Counted from the stretch's first letter, positions 8,580 to 19,157 are shown. The stretch is 32,000 bases of DNA from Psychrobacter cryohalolentis K5 (GCF_000013905.1 NC_007969.1:660001-692000), one strand, 5' to 3'. A program made the numbers and translations. The notes: generated by a model from the letters alone, not told the origin.

Positions 8580-9950
8580 CTAAAATGGTCGGCCGCCTCT
8601 GCCACCACTGCCTTTGCTGCCACTATCTGGTCCCTCTTCGCTTAAGATAACCTCGTCACCTTTTTTAAGACCACTCAATATCTCCGCATTGACGCGGTTA
8701 TTAATACCAACTGTGACAGCTTGTTCAACCACTGTGCCATCAGTTTTAAGAACGCGGACACTAGCTTTAGTTGCGGCAGAATCGCCATTAGTATTAACCG
8801 CAGTGGTAGATGCTTTTTTATTATTTCCAGTTTTGTTAGATTTACCGGCAGGTTGCAGTGCGGCAGAAGGGATAAGTAGCGCATCTTTGGCTTGGTTAAT
8901 GACAATATAAACTTGCGCGGTCATATCAATACGAAAGCGGCGCTCGGTATTGGGTACTTCAATATAACCGACATAATAAATGGCAGCATCGGTCGAGCTG
9001 GTATCACTGATTTTTTCAGGAGCCGGTTCAATCGCTTTAAGAATCGAATCATATTTTTGATCGGGATTACCGATGATATTAAAATAAACAGGCAAGCCCG
9101 CTTTGACATTAATGACGTCAGCTTCAGAGATTTGAGCATTAATGCGTACGGTAGATAAATCAGCTAAGGTAACAATGGTCGGTGCACTTTGATTGGCATT
9201 GACCGTCGTCCCTTGCTCAGTCGTTACCGATACTACAGTACCTGACATTGGCGCGCGAATGGTGGTGTAGCTTAAATCCTCTTGCGCGGTGCTGACGTTG
9301 GTTTGAGATTTACGTAACGCCGCCTGTTGACTATTGATATTCGCTGCAGTAGTGGCAATAGCGGCTTTAGCAGTATCGATAGAGGCACGCGCATTGGCGA
9401 CTGCTGCCTGCGCAGTTTGTACCTTTGTCCTTTGAGTATCATAATCCTGCTGTGATATCGCGTCGATAGCGAGTAAGCCTTGCAAGCGTGAAAAATCTGC
9501 TTGCGCTTGTCTTAACTCAGCTTGGCGGCTGGCAAGATCTGCCTGCGCACTTTTTAAACCTGCTTGACGACTTAACGACTCAGCTCGTGCACTTTGTAGC
9601 GCCGCTTCACTTTGCTCAAGGCTTGCTTGCTCATTGCTCAGACTGTTCTTCTGCGTTACTTGGTCAATCTGCGCAATCAAATCGCCTTTTTGCACTTCAT
9701 CACCGACTTCAACGAATAGTCGCGTCACTTCACCAGATACTTGCGCACCAACATCGACGGTATTTAAAGCCTTAACCTTGCCCGATGCCATAACGTTATT
9801 TTCGATATCGCCAATCTCAGCAGTCGCTGTTAGATAGTTGGGTGTTACTTCTTTTGGTTTTAAGGTTTTGTAGGCTAAAACCCCTAAAGCGATGATGACG
9901 AGGGCAATAATGCCCCATTTAATAGCAGAGTTTTTGCCAATTTTGCGCAT
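8580..9950 (-). CDS. macA: MacA-type periplasmic adaptor (membrane fusion protein)
   Basis: 456-aa ORF with an N-terminal membrane anchor, a lipoyl/hairpin coiled-coil rich in A/Q/S, and beta-barrel and membrane-proximal domains (TIRAPMSGTV, LLIPSAAL). It is upstream of, and on the same strand as, macB. Confidence 0.9.
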   Translation of the reverse strand: MRKIGKNSAIKWGIIALVIIALGVLAYKTLKPKEVTPNYLTATAEIGDIENNVMASGKVKALNTVDVGAQVSGEVTRLFVEVGDEVQKGDLIAQIDQVTQKNSLSNEQASLEQSEAALQSARAESLSRQAGLKSAQADLASRQAELRQAQADFSRLQGLLAIDAISQQDYDTQRTKVQTAQAAVANARASIDTAKAAIATTAANINSQQAALRKSQTNVSTAQEDLSYTTIRAPMSGTVVSVTTEQGTTVNANQSAPTIVTLADLSTVRINAQISEADVINVKAGLPVYFNIIGNPDQKYDSILKAIEPAPEKISDTSSTDAAIYYVGYIEVPNTERRFRIDMTAQVYIVINQAKDALLIPSAALQPAGKSNKTGNNKKASTTAVNTNGDSAATKASVRVLKTDGTVVEQAVTVGINNRVNAEILSGLKKGDEVILSEEGPDSGSKGSGGRGGRPF

Positions 9951-10185
9951 GACGACAATCCAATAACAAGAAAATCAAATGTAACTATAATAGAGGCTCG
10001 ACGGACAAAAGGGAATGGGAGTTAGTTTGCGAAAGGTTAAGAAGAGATATTGAGGCAGGTTTTGCAGAGGAGATTTGGATTTGTGCAGGAAGTTTATCGT
10101 TGAAAAAGCAGGTTAAGAAATAATATCGTTCTTAGAGGTATTATTGGTTGCTGACTGATAAATAACTAAGAATTCATCACTTTGG

Positions 10186-11307
10186 TTATTTAGTAGGGAA
10201 TAAACGTTTTCCTGATAATTCTAACGCTGCTTGTAGTAATAGCTCCCATGCTGGCTGGATAATAAGCCCTTTAATTGCCTGATCACAGCGATAAAGCAGA
10301 GCAGGCCACGCAGCTGATTGCGCTTTTGCCTGACGACGACAGGCTTGCTGATATAAGCCTTGTTTACTGCGCCAAATACCTAGGGCTTGCGGATCTTGTC
10401 CATCCATCAATTGCATGATTTGTCGCATGTCTTTACTGATTGCCCATAATACTAAGGTCGTTGGCTCATCCGTGGCTTTGAGTTGAAAAATGATTTTAGC
10501 GACTTGGGCACTATTGCCAGCAAGCATCGCATCGGACAAATCAAACACGCTAAACTGCGCATCGCTGACCAATGCCGCTTGTAAGTCATTAATATCTAGT
10601 GCGACCTGTGATAGGTGCGGGCTAGAGTTTGTAGTTTCTTGAATGGCAGCATCATTATTTGCCATGAGTTGTGGGGCAAACAAATAAGATAAGCGCCATA
10701 AGGTTTGATAGGCACTGAGCAAATGATGTTCAGTATGTGACATGAGTAGCTGCCACGCTTCTTGCGATAGCTTTAAGCCAAACTGCTGCGCTTGTATCTG
10801 CAATAACTGCTGACGCTGCTGCTCATTATACAAATTACAGTCGATGACGTGACCATATTGCGCAAATGGCGTAAACCACTTGCTGCTCTGAGCGCGTTTG
10901 TCTTGTTTTGGGGTCAACCATAATAAGCTATGACTGTGGCTGCCTGCTTGAGCGTCCTGTGCAAAGCGCTCAAGCTCTGTAATGACTGCCTTATCAGGTT
11001 TATGGTTGCCTGTGACAATCAAGGCACTGGCATCATCAAATAAAGACTGGCTGCCAAGCTCTGACAATACTTCTTGCCAGCTCTTAACCGATATAAGCTC
11101 AATACGTTTAATGGCGTAATTCTGCGCGCGCCAATGTGGACGCAGCGCATCGATGAGCCATTGACTTAATAATGGCTCATCACCATGTGCTAGCCACAAG
11201 CCTGCTACAGCAACTGAGGATCGCTGTAGCTTTGGATAAGCTTGTATAAAAGTATCTTGCATAAAAGGCTGACGCACACAAAGTTGTGAATAAAAAAGCA
11301 AAGCCAA
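10186..11307 (-). CDS. holA: DNA polymerase III subunit delta
   Basis: Conserved leuS-lptE-holA gene order, a length of about 360-370 aa, and a delta-subunit-like helical C-terminal region. The listed start at 11307 is TTG without a clear SD. The in-frame ATG at 11262 (MQDTFIQ...) is an alternative start. Confidence 0.8.
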   Translation of the reverse strand: MALLFYSQLCVRQPFMQDTFIQAYPKLQRSSVAVAGLWLAHGDEPLLSQWLIDALRPHWRAQNYAIKRIELISVKSWQEVLSELGSQSLFDDASALIVTGNHKPDKAVITELERFAQDAQAGSHSHSLLWLTPKQDKRAQSSKWFTPFAQYGHVIDCNLYNEQQRQQLLQIQAQQFGLKLSQEAWQLLMSHTEHHLLSAYQTLWRLSYLFAPQLMANNDAAIQETTNSSPHLSQVALDINDLQAALVSDAQFSVFDLSDAMLAGNSAQVAKIIFQLKATDEPTTLVLWAISKDMRQIMQLMDGQDPQALGIWRSKQGLYQQACRRQAKAQSAAWPALLYRCDQAIKGLIIQPAWELLLQAALELSGKRLFPTK

Positions 11308-11335
11308 AAAATTGCTAAGCTACATTTGAGCCATA

Positions 11336-11995
11336 TTAAGGTTTGGGTACAAGAATCGCCGTAGTGCCTGTACCTTTACCGATTTGCGCAGAAGTAGTGG
11401 CGCTGGCAGGTGTCACCTTTGGCAATGCAATCGCGACATATTGATCGGTGATACGTCTTGCTAAACTGTCATAAAGCCATTCACGAATTTGATCACCTTG
11501 CTGATCGTCGGTGCTCACTGACGCCTCGTTATACTGATAGCTACGTTCAACTTGAATCGGATTACTGAGCGTTACAGGCTTACCATTATCTATGCTTTGA
11601 TAGCTAACATCGGCTGATATCACTAAGCGAATTTCTGTTAATACGCCAACCAATTCATAACGCTTAAAACGTACGTTATTGACAGTAATCGCAGCGATGG
11701 TTTCAGTGCCTACGTTTTGATTGTTACTAGCGACATCCGTCAATGTCATGTTAGTAATGACATCAACACCCAAGGCCTCAAGGCGCTTTGTGAGCGGCAG
11801 CTTCAGTGGGAATGCCGTGCGATTATCTTCGATAATTACCGCAGTCTTCGCCACATCAAACAGCATGGGCGCATCATAACCGCGTAGTTGAAAGCCGCAG
11901 CCACTAAGACTGGCAGTCGCCCCAACGATGGCAAGCATTGGCAAAGATGCAAGTAATGCGGTCGCTAGTTTCTGTCTATTCGACTTTTTAGGCAT
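11336..11995 (-). CDS. lptE: LPS-assembly lipoprotein LptE
   Basis: 219-aa ORF with signal peptide plus lipobox LSGCGFQLRG, the characteristic LptE N-terminus. It lies immediately downstream of leuS. Confidence 0.85.
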   Translation of the reverse strand: MPKKSNRQKLATALLASLPMLAIVGATASLSGCGFQLRGYDAPMLFDVAKTAVIIEDNRTAFPLKLPLTKRLEALGVDVITNMTLTDVASNNQNVGTETIAAITVNNVRFKRYELVGVLTEIRLVISADVSYQSIDNGKPVTLSNPIQVERSYQYNEASVSTDDQQGDQIREWLYDSLARRITDQYVAIALPKVTPASATTSAQIGKGTGTTAILVPKP

Positions 11996-12108
11996 GGGCT
12001 TTTTCCCTTACATGTTGTTTGATATGACGGCATAGCATGGTGCTTACCCGTCATAATTGCTATTCTTATTAAGATAAGAAAACCTAAAACATCCGCGTTT
12101 AATTATCT

Positions 12109-14808
12109 CTAACCAGCAACCACGATATTAACCAGTTTATTAGGTACGACGATCTCTTTTTTGATCTCGCCAGTCAGGAACTTTGCCACACCTTCAATCG
12201 CGCGTGCCTGTGCTTTTAGCTGCTCAGGGTCGCTGTTTGGTGCCACATCCATTTTGCCGCGCATTTTTCCATTGACCTGAATTACCATGGTAATCATATC
12301 TTGTACCAGTGCACTTTCATCGACCATAGGGTAATTTAAGGTGACGGTATCAAGCCCTAATTGCTCAAGTAAATACTCACCAATGTGCGGCGCATATACC
12401 GACAGCATAATCAATAAATCAGTCAGTGCTTCATGCTGTACTTGCAGCTCTTGCTCGCTACTAGCTTTAAAGTTACTCAGCTCATTAGCAAGTTCCATCA
12501 AGCTAGAGACAGGGGTATTGAGTGCTAGGCGTTTACCCAAGTCACTATCAATCTTGCCAATGGTTTCATGCGTTTTACGGCGTAAGGCTTTAGCTTCTTT
12601 GCTTAAGCTATCCGTATTTAAAGCATCACTATTGAGCGATTCAAGACTTAAGTTGGCATCAGTTAACGCTTGGATATGCTCAGAAGCAATGCGCCATACT
12701 TTTTTAACAAAGTTATAAGGACCTTTGAGCGCATCATCTGACCATTCAAGCGTTTGATCGGCAGGAGCAGTAAATAAGGTATAAAGACGAACGGTATCCG
12801 CGCCATATTTATCGATGGTTATCTGTGGATCAACACCATTATTTTTTGACTTAGACATTTTTTCGATTTTGCCAATCGTCACCGGCTGTCCATCTGATTT
12901 TAGGATGGCTTTAATCGGCTGACCGCGCTCGTTAAAGTCAATATCGATGTCTTTAGTGAAGTAATAAGTGGTACTGCCATCAGCATTGACGCGGTAGAAA
13001 GTACCCGCAAGTACCATTCCTTGAGTCATCAAATTGGCAAATGGCTCATCGCCTGATACCAAGTTTTCATCACGCATCAGCTTATGGAAGAAGCGCGCAT
13101 AAAGAAGATGCATAACCGCGTGCTCGACACCGCCGATATATTGGTCGACTGGCAACCATTTATTGGCGGCAGATTTATTGACCATATTGGTTGTATCGTG
13201 TGGGCTGGCAAAGCGCGCATAGTACCAGCTTGATTCTACAAAGGTATCAAAGGTATCGGTTTCGCGCTCAGCAGGATTGCCACATTTAGGGCAAGTGGTA
13301 TTCACAAATTCTGGAATATTTTTTAGTGGATTACCGCGACCGTCAGGGACGACGTCAGTTGGCAAGACAACCGGCAAGTCTTGTTCTTCAACTGGCACGG
13401 TACCGCAATGCTCACAGTTGACCATTGGGATAGGGCAGCCCCAATAACGCTGGCGAGAAACCCCCCAATCACGGAGACGGTATTGAATTTTTTTCTTAGC
13501 AAGCTCCTGAGGCTCAAGCTTAGCAAGCATGGCTTCAAACGCTTGCTCAAAGTCCATGCCATCAAATTCGCCTGAATTGACTAGAGTATTACGCTCAGTA
13601 TAAGCACAATTCTCATTGCCTTCTTCTACATCATCAAAATACCCTGCAGGAATGTCAATGACTTGTTTAATCGGTAAGTTGTATTTGGTTGCAAACTCAT
13701 AGTCGCGCTCATCGTGAGCAGGTACTGCCATTACCGCACCTGAGCCATAGCTCATAAGTACATAATTGGCAACCCAAACAGGCACTTCTTCGCCAGTCAA
13801 TGGATGGGTCACAGTTAGACCCGTATCCATACCGATTTTTTCGGCTTTAGCAAGGTCTGCCTCAGCGACTGAGCCTTTCTTACAAAGGGCACAAAAATCT
13901 GCAATCGCTTTATTATTCTCAGAGGCATATTGCGCTAGAGGATGCTCTGCGGCCACTGCCACATAAGTGACACCCATCAAGGTATCAGGGCGAGTGGTAA
14001 AGACGTCTAAGCTATTGCTTTGGCCAGCCAGCTCATAAGGGAAATGCACTTCCATACCTGAGCTACGACCAATCCAATTGCGCTGCATGGTAATCACTTC
14101 AGATGGCCAATGACCTTCTAGCTGGTCTAAATCATCAAGCAGCTCATCGGCATAATCAGTGATGTTAAAATAATACATCGGAATATCACGCTTTTCGACC
14201 ATAGCGCCACTACGCCAGCCTTTACCATCAATGACTTGCTCATTGGCTAATACGGTGTTGTCGACCGGATCCCAGTTGACGGTGGCAAGCTTTTTATAAA
14301 CCAAGCCTTTTTTATATAACTGCAAAAACAACCACTGCTCCCACTGATAATACTCAGGGCTACAAGTGGCAAATTCACGTGACCAGTCAATAGACAAGCC
14401 AAGCAATTTTAGCTGGGCGCGCATGCTGTCAATGTTCTCAAACGTCCATTTAGCAGGCGGCGTCTGATTGGCAATCGCGGCGTTTTCTGCTGGCAAGCCA
14501 AAACCATCCCAGCCCATTGGCTGCATGACTTCATAACCTTTGAGCCGATAATAACGGCTTAATACATCAGAGATAGTATAGTTACGTACGTGACCCATAT
14601 GCAGCTTACCACTTGGGTACGGGAACATTGACAGCATATAACGACTTGGTTTATCACTTGGCTCATTGCTGACTTCAAAGCGCTTATCTGTTGCCCATTT
14701 GGCTTGCTGCTGCGCTTCGATGAGTTGCGGCTGATATTGGGTCTTGTCGCTAGAAGCATTATTAGTATGGTTAGTATTAGCAGTTTCTGCTGTTACGGCG
14801 TTGGTCAT
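12109..14808 (-). CDS. leuS: Leucine--tRNA ligase
   Basis: Class I aaRS motifs are present: HMGH (PYPSGKLHMGHVRNY) and KMSKS (IEKMSKSKNNG). Similarity to LeuS runs full length. I place the start at the ATG at 14808 (MTNAVTAE...). The ORF track's upstream 35 codons (to 14913) lack LeuS-like sequence and have no SD. Confidence 0.93.
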   Translation of the reverse strand: MTNAVTAETANTNHTNNASSDKTQYQPQLIEAQQQAKWATDKRFEVSNEPSDKPSRYMLSMFPYPSGKLHMGHVRNYTISDVLSRYYRLKGYEVMQPMGWDGFGLPAENAAIANQTPPAKWTFENIDSMRAQLKLLGLSIDWSREFATCSPEYYQWEQWLFLQLYKKGLVYKKLATVNWDPVDNTVLANEQVIDGKGWRSGAMVEKRDIPMYYFNITDYADELLDDLDQLEGHWPSEVITMQRNWIGRSSGMEVHFPYELAGQSNSLDVFTTRPDTLMGVTYVAVAAEHPLAQYASENNKAIADFCALCKKGSVAEADLAKAEKIGMDTGLTVTHPLTGEEVPVWVANYVLMSYGSGAVMAVPAHDERDYEFATKYNLPIKQVIDIPAGYFDDVEEGNENCAYTERNTLVNSGEFDGMDFEQAFEAMLAKLEPQELAKKKIQYRLRDWGVSRQRYWGCPIPMVNCEHCGTVPVEEQDLPVVLPTDVVPDGRGNPLKNIPEFVNTTCPKCGNPAERETDTFDTFVESSWYYARFASPHDTTNMVNKSAANKWLPVDQYIGGVEHAVMHLLYARFFHKLMRDENLVSGDEPFANLMTQGMVLAGTFYRVNADGSTTYYFTKDIDIDFNERGQPIKAILKSDGQPVTIGKIEKMSKSKNNGVDPQITIDKYGADTVRLYTLFTAPADQTLEWSDDALKGPYNFVKKVWRIASEHIQALTDANLSLESLNSDALNTDSLSKEAKALRRKTHETIGKIDSDLGKRLALNTPVSSLMELANELSNFKASSEQELQVQHEALTDLLIMLSVYAPHIGEYLLEQLGLDTVTLNYPMVDESALVQDMITMVIQVNGKMRGKMDVAPNSDPEQLKAQARAIEGVAKFLTGEIKKEIVVPNKLVNIVVAG

Positions 14809-15033
14809 AGTTGGCTCGGAATCGGTTATTACAGATAAATGGGGTGAAATTTTATAATGCCATAGCATAGCGTAATTTGGCGAAAATTGCGACGATATGA
14901 TGTCGCCTTTCATTGATTACCTAGTGGCTTTTCGGCTTGTATTCGCTGCTTGCCGATATCCACATTTGTCATGTGCCAGCTTCGAGCATTATTTGAGTAT
15001 AATAAACAGTAACATTCTTGACGAGGAGACATT

Positions 15034-15405
15034 ATGACCATCACTATTTACGGTATCAAATCTTGTAGCACCATGAAAAAAGCCTTTACCAAGCTTGATG
15101 AGTTGGGCGTTAGCTATAACTTTCATGATTATAAAAAACAAGGTATCGACAAAGATAGCGTTCAGCGTTGGGTCAACGAGCTTGGTATTGATAAAGTATT
15201 AAACAAGCGCGGAACGACATGGCGTAAGCTAGAAGATGTTCAAAAGCAAGCAGCGGATAGCGATGTGGATCAAGCAATTGACTTACTCATTGAAAATACC
15301 AGTATGATTAAGCGTCCGATAGTTGAAGGTGAGCTGACTGATAAAAATAAGCCGATATTATTATGTGGCTTTGATGAAGCCGAGTTTGATAAAGTTTTTT
15401 CGTAA
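15034..15405 (+). CDS. yffB: ArsC-family reductase, YffB subfamily
   Basis: 123-aa ORF with the pattern IYGIKSCSTMKKA...FHDYKK...ELG...LNKRGTTWRKL...MIKRP typical of YffB-like ArsC/Spx-fold proteins. AGGAG lies 6 nt before the ATG. Confidence 0.85.
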   Translation: MTITIYGIKSCSTMKKAFTKLDELGVSYNFHDYKKQGIDKDSVQRWVNELGIDKVLNKRGTTWRKLEDVQKQAADSDVDQAIDLLIENTSMIKRPIVEGELTDKNKPILLCGFDEAEFDKVFS

Positions 15406-15427
15406 AAGAATACTGCTACCATCAATA

Positions 15428-15460
15428 AAGCCCAAGCTAAGAACCTCTTAGCTCGGGCTT
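15428..15460. terminator. Bidirectional terminator-like hairpin between convergent genes
   Basis: AAGCCCAAGCTAAGA-acc-TCTTAGCTCGGGCTT forms a 15-bp stem with one mismatch, flanked by AAA and TTT. It overlaps the last codons of the 15437..15670 ORF and follows the yffB stop by 23 nt. Confidence 0.55.
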
Positions 15461-15670
15461 TATAACACCTAAAATAAACCAAATCACACTTGCGAGCCAT
15501 ATAAGCAAGACGTAAAAGCGAATTTGTTCGGCATTCCAATCTAGTGCAAACCACTCAATGAGGAAAAATGATTTCCACCCTTCTATCCATTTTGCGCCAC
15601 CATAGCCAATAATCCACCAGCAGTACGAGCTTTCTAAGATAAAAAGTAGACACCAAAGCCACAATGCCAT
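15437..15670 (-). CDS. Small Trp-rich predicted membrane protein (hypothetical)
   Basis: 77-aa ORF starting 28 nt after the argB stop, with AGGAG 7 nt upstream of the ATG. It has two hydrophobic helices (ALWLWCLLFIL..., FYVLLIWLASVIWFILGVI). I recognise no family. Confidence 0.5.
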   Translation of the reverse strand: MALWLWCLLFILESSYCWWIIGYGGAKWIEGWKSFFLIEWFALDWNAEQIRFYVLLIWLASVIWFILGVIKPELRGS

Positions 15671-15697
15671 GATTTACTCCTACTATTTGGCCAATGA

Positions 15698-16606
<909 letters not shown>

Positions 16607-16697
16607 CTAAAATACGGTGTTAAGCGATTGGTTGTTGTTATAAAAAGTCATAAATAACAAAGTTACATTTGTGATAAAAAATAGTTTTGATAATTGA

Positions 16698-18512
16698 CTA
16701 CTGAGGGGAAATAGCTACAATCTGCGCAGCTAGATTTTTATCAAAGGGACGGCATAGCGCGGCAAATTTTGCTTGAATATCTTGTAGGTGTGCCATGCTG
16801 TCTCCTGCAAAGCGCGCGGTTAAATTGTGACTGGTATTAGATTGACGTATGACCCCAAAACCATGGGCGAAATCTAGACGTACGCCATCAATACAGCTCA
16901 GAGTTGTACCTATTGGCAATAAGTCTTTGGCTTGCTCTATGCTGATAGGAAGGCTTTTTATAGAGCAACTACAAAGCGTCCGCTGACAGGTACTGAGTAC
17001 TTGATATTCAGCCTGAGTAGGCAGTGGAGCGGTTACTTTTATGAGTTGTTGTAAATACACGCATAGTCGAGTTAGCTGCTCAATGATTGAGCAATCGGTT
17101 GACGCATTTACTGGCAGCGGTAAATAATGATCGGCACTACTGACAATGTTTGGTAATTGATAGATGATATTAGCAAGATTTGTTGTAGGATTTAGACTAC
17201 TTGAGTTATCAGCTGCCAGCCAATGCAACAGTCTTAAAGCTGCATATATGGCATCATCATAGACAATAAAGCGACTGTCGTTAAAGATAAAATGCCCCGA
17301 TAACTCTCCAGCAAATACTATTTGCCCAGCAGAGTCCTGCATCTGTTGGCGCATTAGACTACTGCCAGTTTTGCTGATGATAGGTTCTGCGCCAAGTTTA
17401 GTCAGTAGCTTCGGCAAATGATGCGAACATTTAATATCAAAGAGAATTTGCGGTGGAGATTGCAACTGGGTACAAGCGACTGGACGCTCAGTCAATATCA
17501 CCTTTGCTAATAAGTAGAGCAAGTGATCGGGTGTGACTACCTTGCCTGTATTATCGACGATCATTAGTCGGTCGCCATCACCGTCAAAGGCGATACCTAT
17601 ATCTGCCTGATGATTAATTACGCTTTGCTGCAACTGTTTGAGCCGATGTGGTTCAGTAGGATCGGGATTGCCAGCAGGGAAATCTCCATTAGGCGTGTCA
17701 TTAAGCGTGATAACACGGTGGCAAAAACGATCAAACAATTGTGGCGCGATATGACTGGTTGCACCATGCATACAATCGATAACAACCACCAAATCTAGCT
17801 TAGTAAGAAATGATTGGTTATCATGTGGATAGAGTGCTTTAAACACTTGCACAATAGCATCGATATAATGCGCTGCTACTTGCTCAGGCGATAAAAACAT
17901 TTGCTGATTGCTAATAGGGTTATGCACTACATATCGTGGAGTGCTTAACGCTTTATAGCCTATTTGATTGTCTTCTTTAACAATCACTTTTTGAAAATCA
18001 GTGATTTCAAAACCAGTTTCTTGCAGACCATCTTTAGGCAAACCACTTTTTTCAAGCATGCTGTTGTCTAAAGAACGTTCAATTAACTGCTGATGAATAA
18101 CTTGCTGGTAAAGCATCTGAATTTCTTCAACGCTAGGGGATTGATGATTGACCAACCACTTAATACCTAAAACATCCCTCGCAGAATGACTAGCAGTCAC
18201 GATAATGCCATGCCCTTGATATTGCTCAGCCCAAAATACCATCATAGGCGTGGTAATCAGTCCCAATTGGATAACTTGTAGACCGCATTGGATCAATATA
18301 GTGGCAAGGTTTTGAGCAATAACGTCACTATCACGACGTACATCATAGCCAATCACGACGATATTTTTTTTGTTATCACTGTCTTGTTGAACGTGATAAA
18401 GATGCGCAAAGGCGTACCCTAAAGCTTGAACAAAATCATCAGTAAAATACTGGCGTGAACCGCGAATATCATAAGCACGAAATAAGGAGTGCTGCGCAGC
18501 AAAAAACGGCAT
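16698..18512 (-). CDS. Phosphomannomutase/phosphoglucomutase family protein (divergent AlgC-like, with insertions)
   Basis: 604-aa ORF in the dut-algC-argB position. It has the alpha-D-phosphohexomutase motifs FRAYDIRG, a phosphoserine loop TASHSA (variant of T/SxSHNP), the metal loop FDGDGDRLMIVD, the sugar loop GELSGHF and the phosphate loop IRQSNTSHNLTARF. Confidence 0.8.
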   Translation of the reverse strand: MPFFAAQHSLFRAYDIRGSRQYFTDDFVQALGYAFAHLYHVQQDSDNKKNIVVIGYDVRRDSDVIAQNLATILIQCGLQVIQLGLITTPMMVFWAEQYQGHGIIVTASHSARDVLGIKWLVNHQSPSVEEIQMLYQQVIHQQLIERSLDNSMLEKSGLPKDGLQETGFEITDFQKVIVKEDNQIGYKALSTPRYVVHNPISNQQMFLSPEQVAAHYIDAIVQVFKALYPHDNQSFLTKLDLVVVIDCMHGATSHIAPQLFDRFCHRVITLNDTPNGDFPAGNPDPTEPHRLKQLQQSVINHQADIGIAFDGDGDRLMIVDNTGKVVTPDHLLYLLAKVILTERPVACTQLQSPPQILFDIKCSHHLPKLLTKLGAEPIISKTGSSLMRQQMQDSAGQIVFAGELSGHFIFNDSRFIVYDDAIYAALRLLHWLAADNSSSLNPTTNLANIIYQLPNIVSSADHYLPLPVNASTDCSIIEQLTRLCVYLQQLIKVTAPLPTQAEYQVLSTCQRTLCSCSIKSLPISIEQAKDLLPIGTTLSCIDGVRLDFAHGFGVIRQSNTSHNLTARFAGDSMAHLQDIQAKFAALCRPFDKNLAAQIVAISPQ

Positions 18513-18626
18513 CTTTTACTTCCTTATTATCATGATAAATATGAATGATAAATAAATCGCTGATAGTTTTTTATACAGCTTAGGTTATGCGATTTAGACT
18601 ATGTAATTTAGAGCAAATGATAATGA

Positions 18627-19091
18627 CTACTGACGACCAGAGTGTCCAAAACCACCAGCACCACGTGCGCTGGTATCACTAAATTCTGTCACGACTTCAA
18701 ATTCAGGACGGGCAACAGGGACAACCACGTATTGTGCCATGCGTTCTGCAGGAGTTAATACAAAGTCTTCCTGGCTACGATTCCAAATACTGACCATCAG
18801 CTCACCTTGATAATCCGCATCGATAAGTCCAACCAAGTTACCCAAAACAATACCATGCTTATGTCCAAGACCTGAACGCGGTAAAATCATGCCTGCAAAG
18901 TTGGGATCTTGTATATAAACCGCCAAACCAGTACCAATCAAATGGGTAGCACCCGCTTTAATCGTTAAAGGCTCATCAATACAAGCGCGCAAATCAATAC
19001 CTGCGCTGCCATCAGTGGCACGAGTAGGCAAAGAAAACGCTTTATCTTCAGTGATTTTAGGGTTTAAGACTTTAACTTGTACAGCTTGCAT
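18627..19091 (-). CDS. dut: dUTP diphosphatase
   Basis: 154-aa ORF with trimeric dUTPase motifs ([43 protein letters not shown]). Confidence 0.95.
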   Translation of the reverse strand: MQAVQVKVLNPKITEDKAFSLPTRATDGSAGIDLRACIDEPLTIKAGATHLIGTGLAVYIQDPNFAGMILPRSGLGHKHGIVLGNLVGLIDADYQGELMVSIWNRSQEDFVLTPAERMAQYVVVPVARPEFEVVTEFSDTSARGAGGFGHSGRQ

Positions 19092-19136
19092 AACGCACTC
19101 ACTTAACGATTTAATGGTTTTATAAACAGAATGAAT

Positions 19137-19157
19137 TTAGGGCGTGCCCTAATTTTT
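19137..19157. terminator. Possible terminator hairpin between mgtE and dut
   Basis: TTAGGG-cgtg-CCCTAA stem followed by ATTTTT on the plus strand. On the minus (gene) strand the trailing run is only AAATT, so its function as the mgtE terminator is uncertain. Confidence 0.3.

Noticed and set aside
14809-14913. 35 extra N-terminal codons of leuS in the ORF track (MKGDIISSQFSPNYAMLWHYKISPHLSVITDSEPT)
   Set aside because: There is no SD before the ATG at 14913 and no resemblance to LeuS N-termini. The LeuS-like sequence begins after the ATG at 14808. This is probably just an open frame in the leader. The true start still needs experimental or comparative confirmation.
15270-15554. 94-aa minus-strand ORF overlapping the end of yffB
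   Set aside because: It overlaps the well-supported yffB CDS and the terminator hairpin. It is also in a different frame from the better-supported 15437..15670 ORF, which has an SD and sits next to argB.
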